In this document: piece by piece, positions 63,495 through 64,000 of the stretch
How the letters are laid out: each line of letters starts with the position of its first letter
Numbering within the stretch: position 1 is the stretch's first letter
Source: Malacoraja senta
Taxonomy: Eukaryota
Assembly: GCA_038087875.1 (NCBI GenBank)
Contig: CM075978.1
Span: 175,336,001-175,400,000, forward strand
Length of the DNA: 64,000 nucleotides
Reading direction: 5' to 3'
Notes under the pieces: generated by a model
The model's database searches: none
What the model saw: only the letters and a program-made list of their open reading frames with translations
Told to the model about the DNA's origin: nothing
Position numbers and translations under genes: made by a program

Positions 63495-63857
63495 TACTAG
63501 GCATTCCTGAATTGTCTCGTCCTTGGGGAGGCTCGATGTGGAGCCTCACGAGCGACCTATGCTTGTGGATGCGAATGAGTTTCTGGTCCATGATCCTTAC
63601 CTGAACACCGACTGGTACTTGCAAAACTCCTTCCTTGGACCTCCGCCTGTGCTTGTGTATGTAAGCGAGCCTTTGGCTGATAACCCTTACTTGATAACAC
63701 CAAATGGGACTTACAAAACTCCACCCTCGGATCTCTTCTTCTCACCCCCAACTTGTGCAGATATCCCAGTGTTGCGGTGACCTCGGTTAGCAATGGACCA
63801 ACACCAGTCCAGACAAATGACAGGGAGCAACCTGACAACCTCCAGCACTGCCCTCAC

Positions 63858-63937
63858 CTTGTCCTCCAAGCGGCCAATGAGTTCGGCCAATCTGTTGATC
63901 TGCATTTCGAGACTGTCTCCTCTGCTGGCTGTTATAG
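63858..63937 (-). CDS. NECAB2: NECAB2 exon (ITASRGDSLEMQINRLAELIGRLEDK); upstream exons lie beyond the window
   Basis: cccaccag|CT to AAG|gtgagg, 80 nt; coiled-coil QIxRLAELIGRLE motif. Confidence 0.9.
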
Positions 63938-64000
63938 CTGGTGGGAACAGACACAAAACTGCTGATTACAAGCTTCCCTTCCAGAGGTAACACAGATTAG

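Overview
Eukaryotic, intron-rich vertebrate genomic DNA. The repeat content (V-SINE/HE1-like SINEs, CR1 LINEs, Penelope-like tails) suggests a cartilaginous fish, probably a skate or ray; this is an inference. Three spliced protein-coding genes were rebuilt from GT-AG exons in consistent phase: OSGIN1 (+, 5 coding exons, 8738-24012, about 485 aa), SLC38A8 (+, 10 coding exons, 29021-49624, 441 aa) and the 3' six exons of NECAB2 (-, 63937 to 52814, continuing beyond the window). Introns and intergenic DNA are packed with mobile elements. These include a full-length Passport-like Tc1 transposon with an intact DD34E transposase, a 2.24 kb TIR element with an ISL2EU-type AT target site, a gamma-type retroviral env relic, two short TSD-flanked non-autonomous retroelements, and Penelope-like elements. 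More than 10 short Penelope-tail insertions carry minimal hammerhead-ribozyme motifs, often as fold-back palindromes. SLC38A8 intron 2 holds a partial exon duplication inside a 16-bp satellite. Exon coordinates were read base by base; boundaries of degenerate repeats are approximate; family names come from recalled motifs, not database searches.
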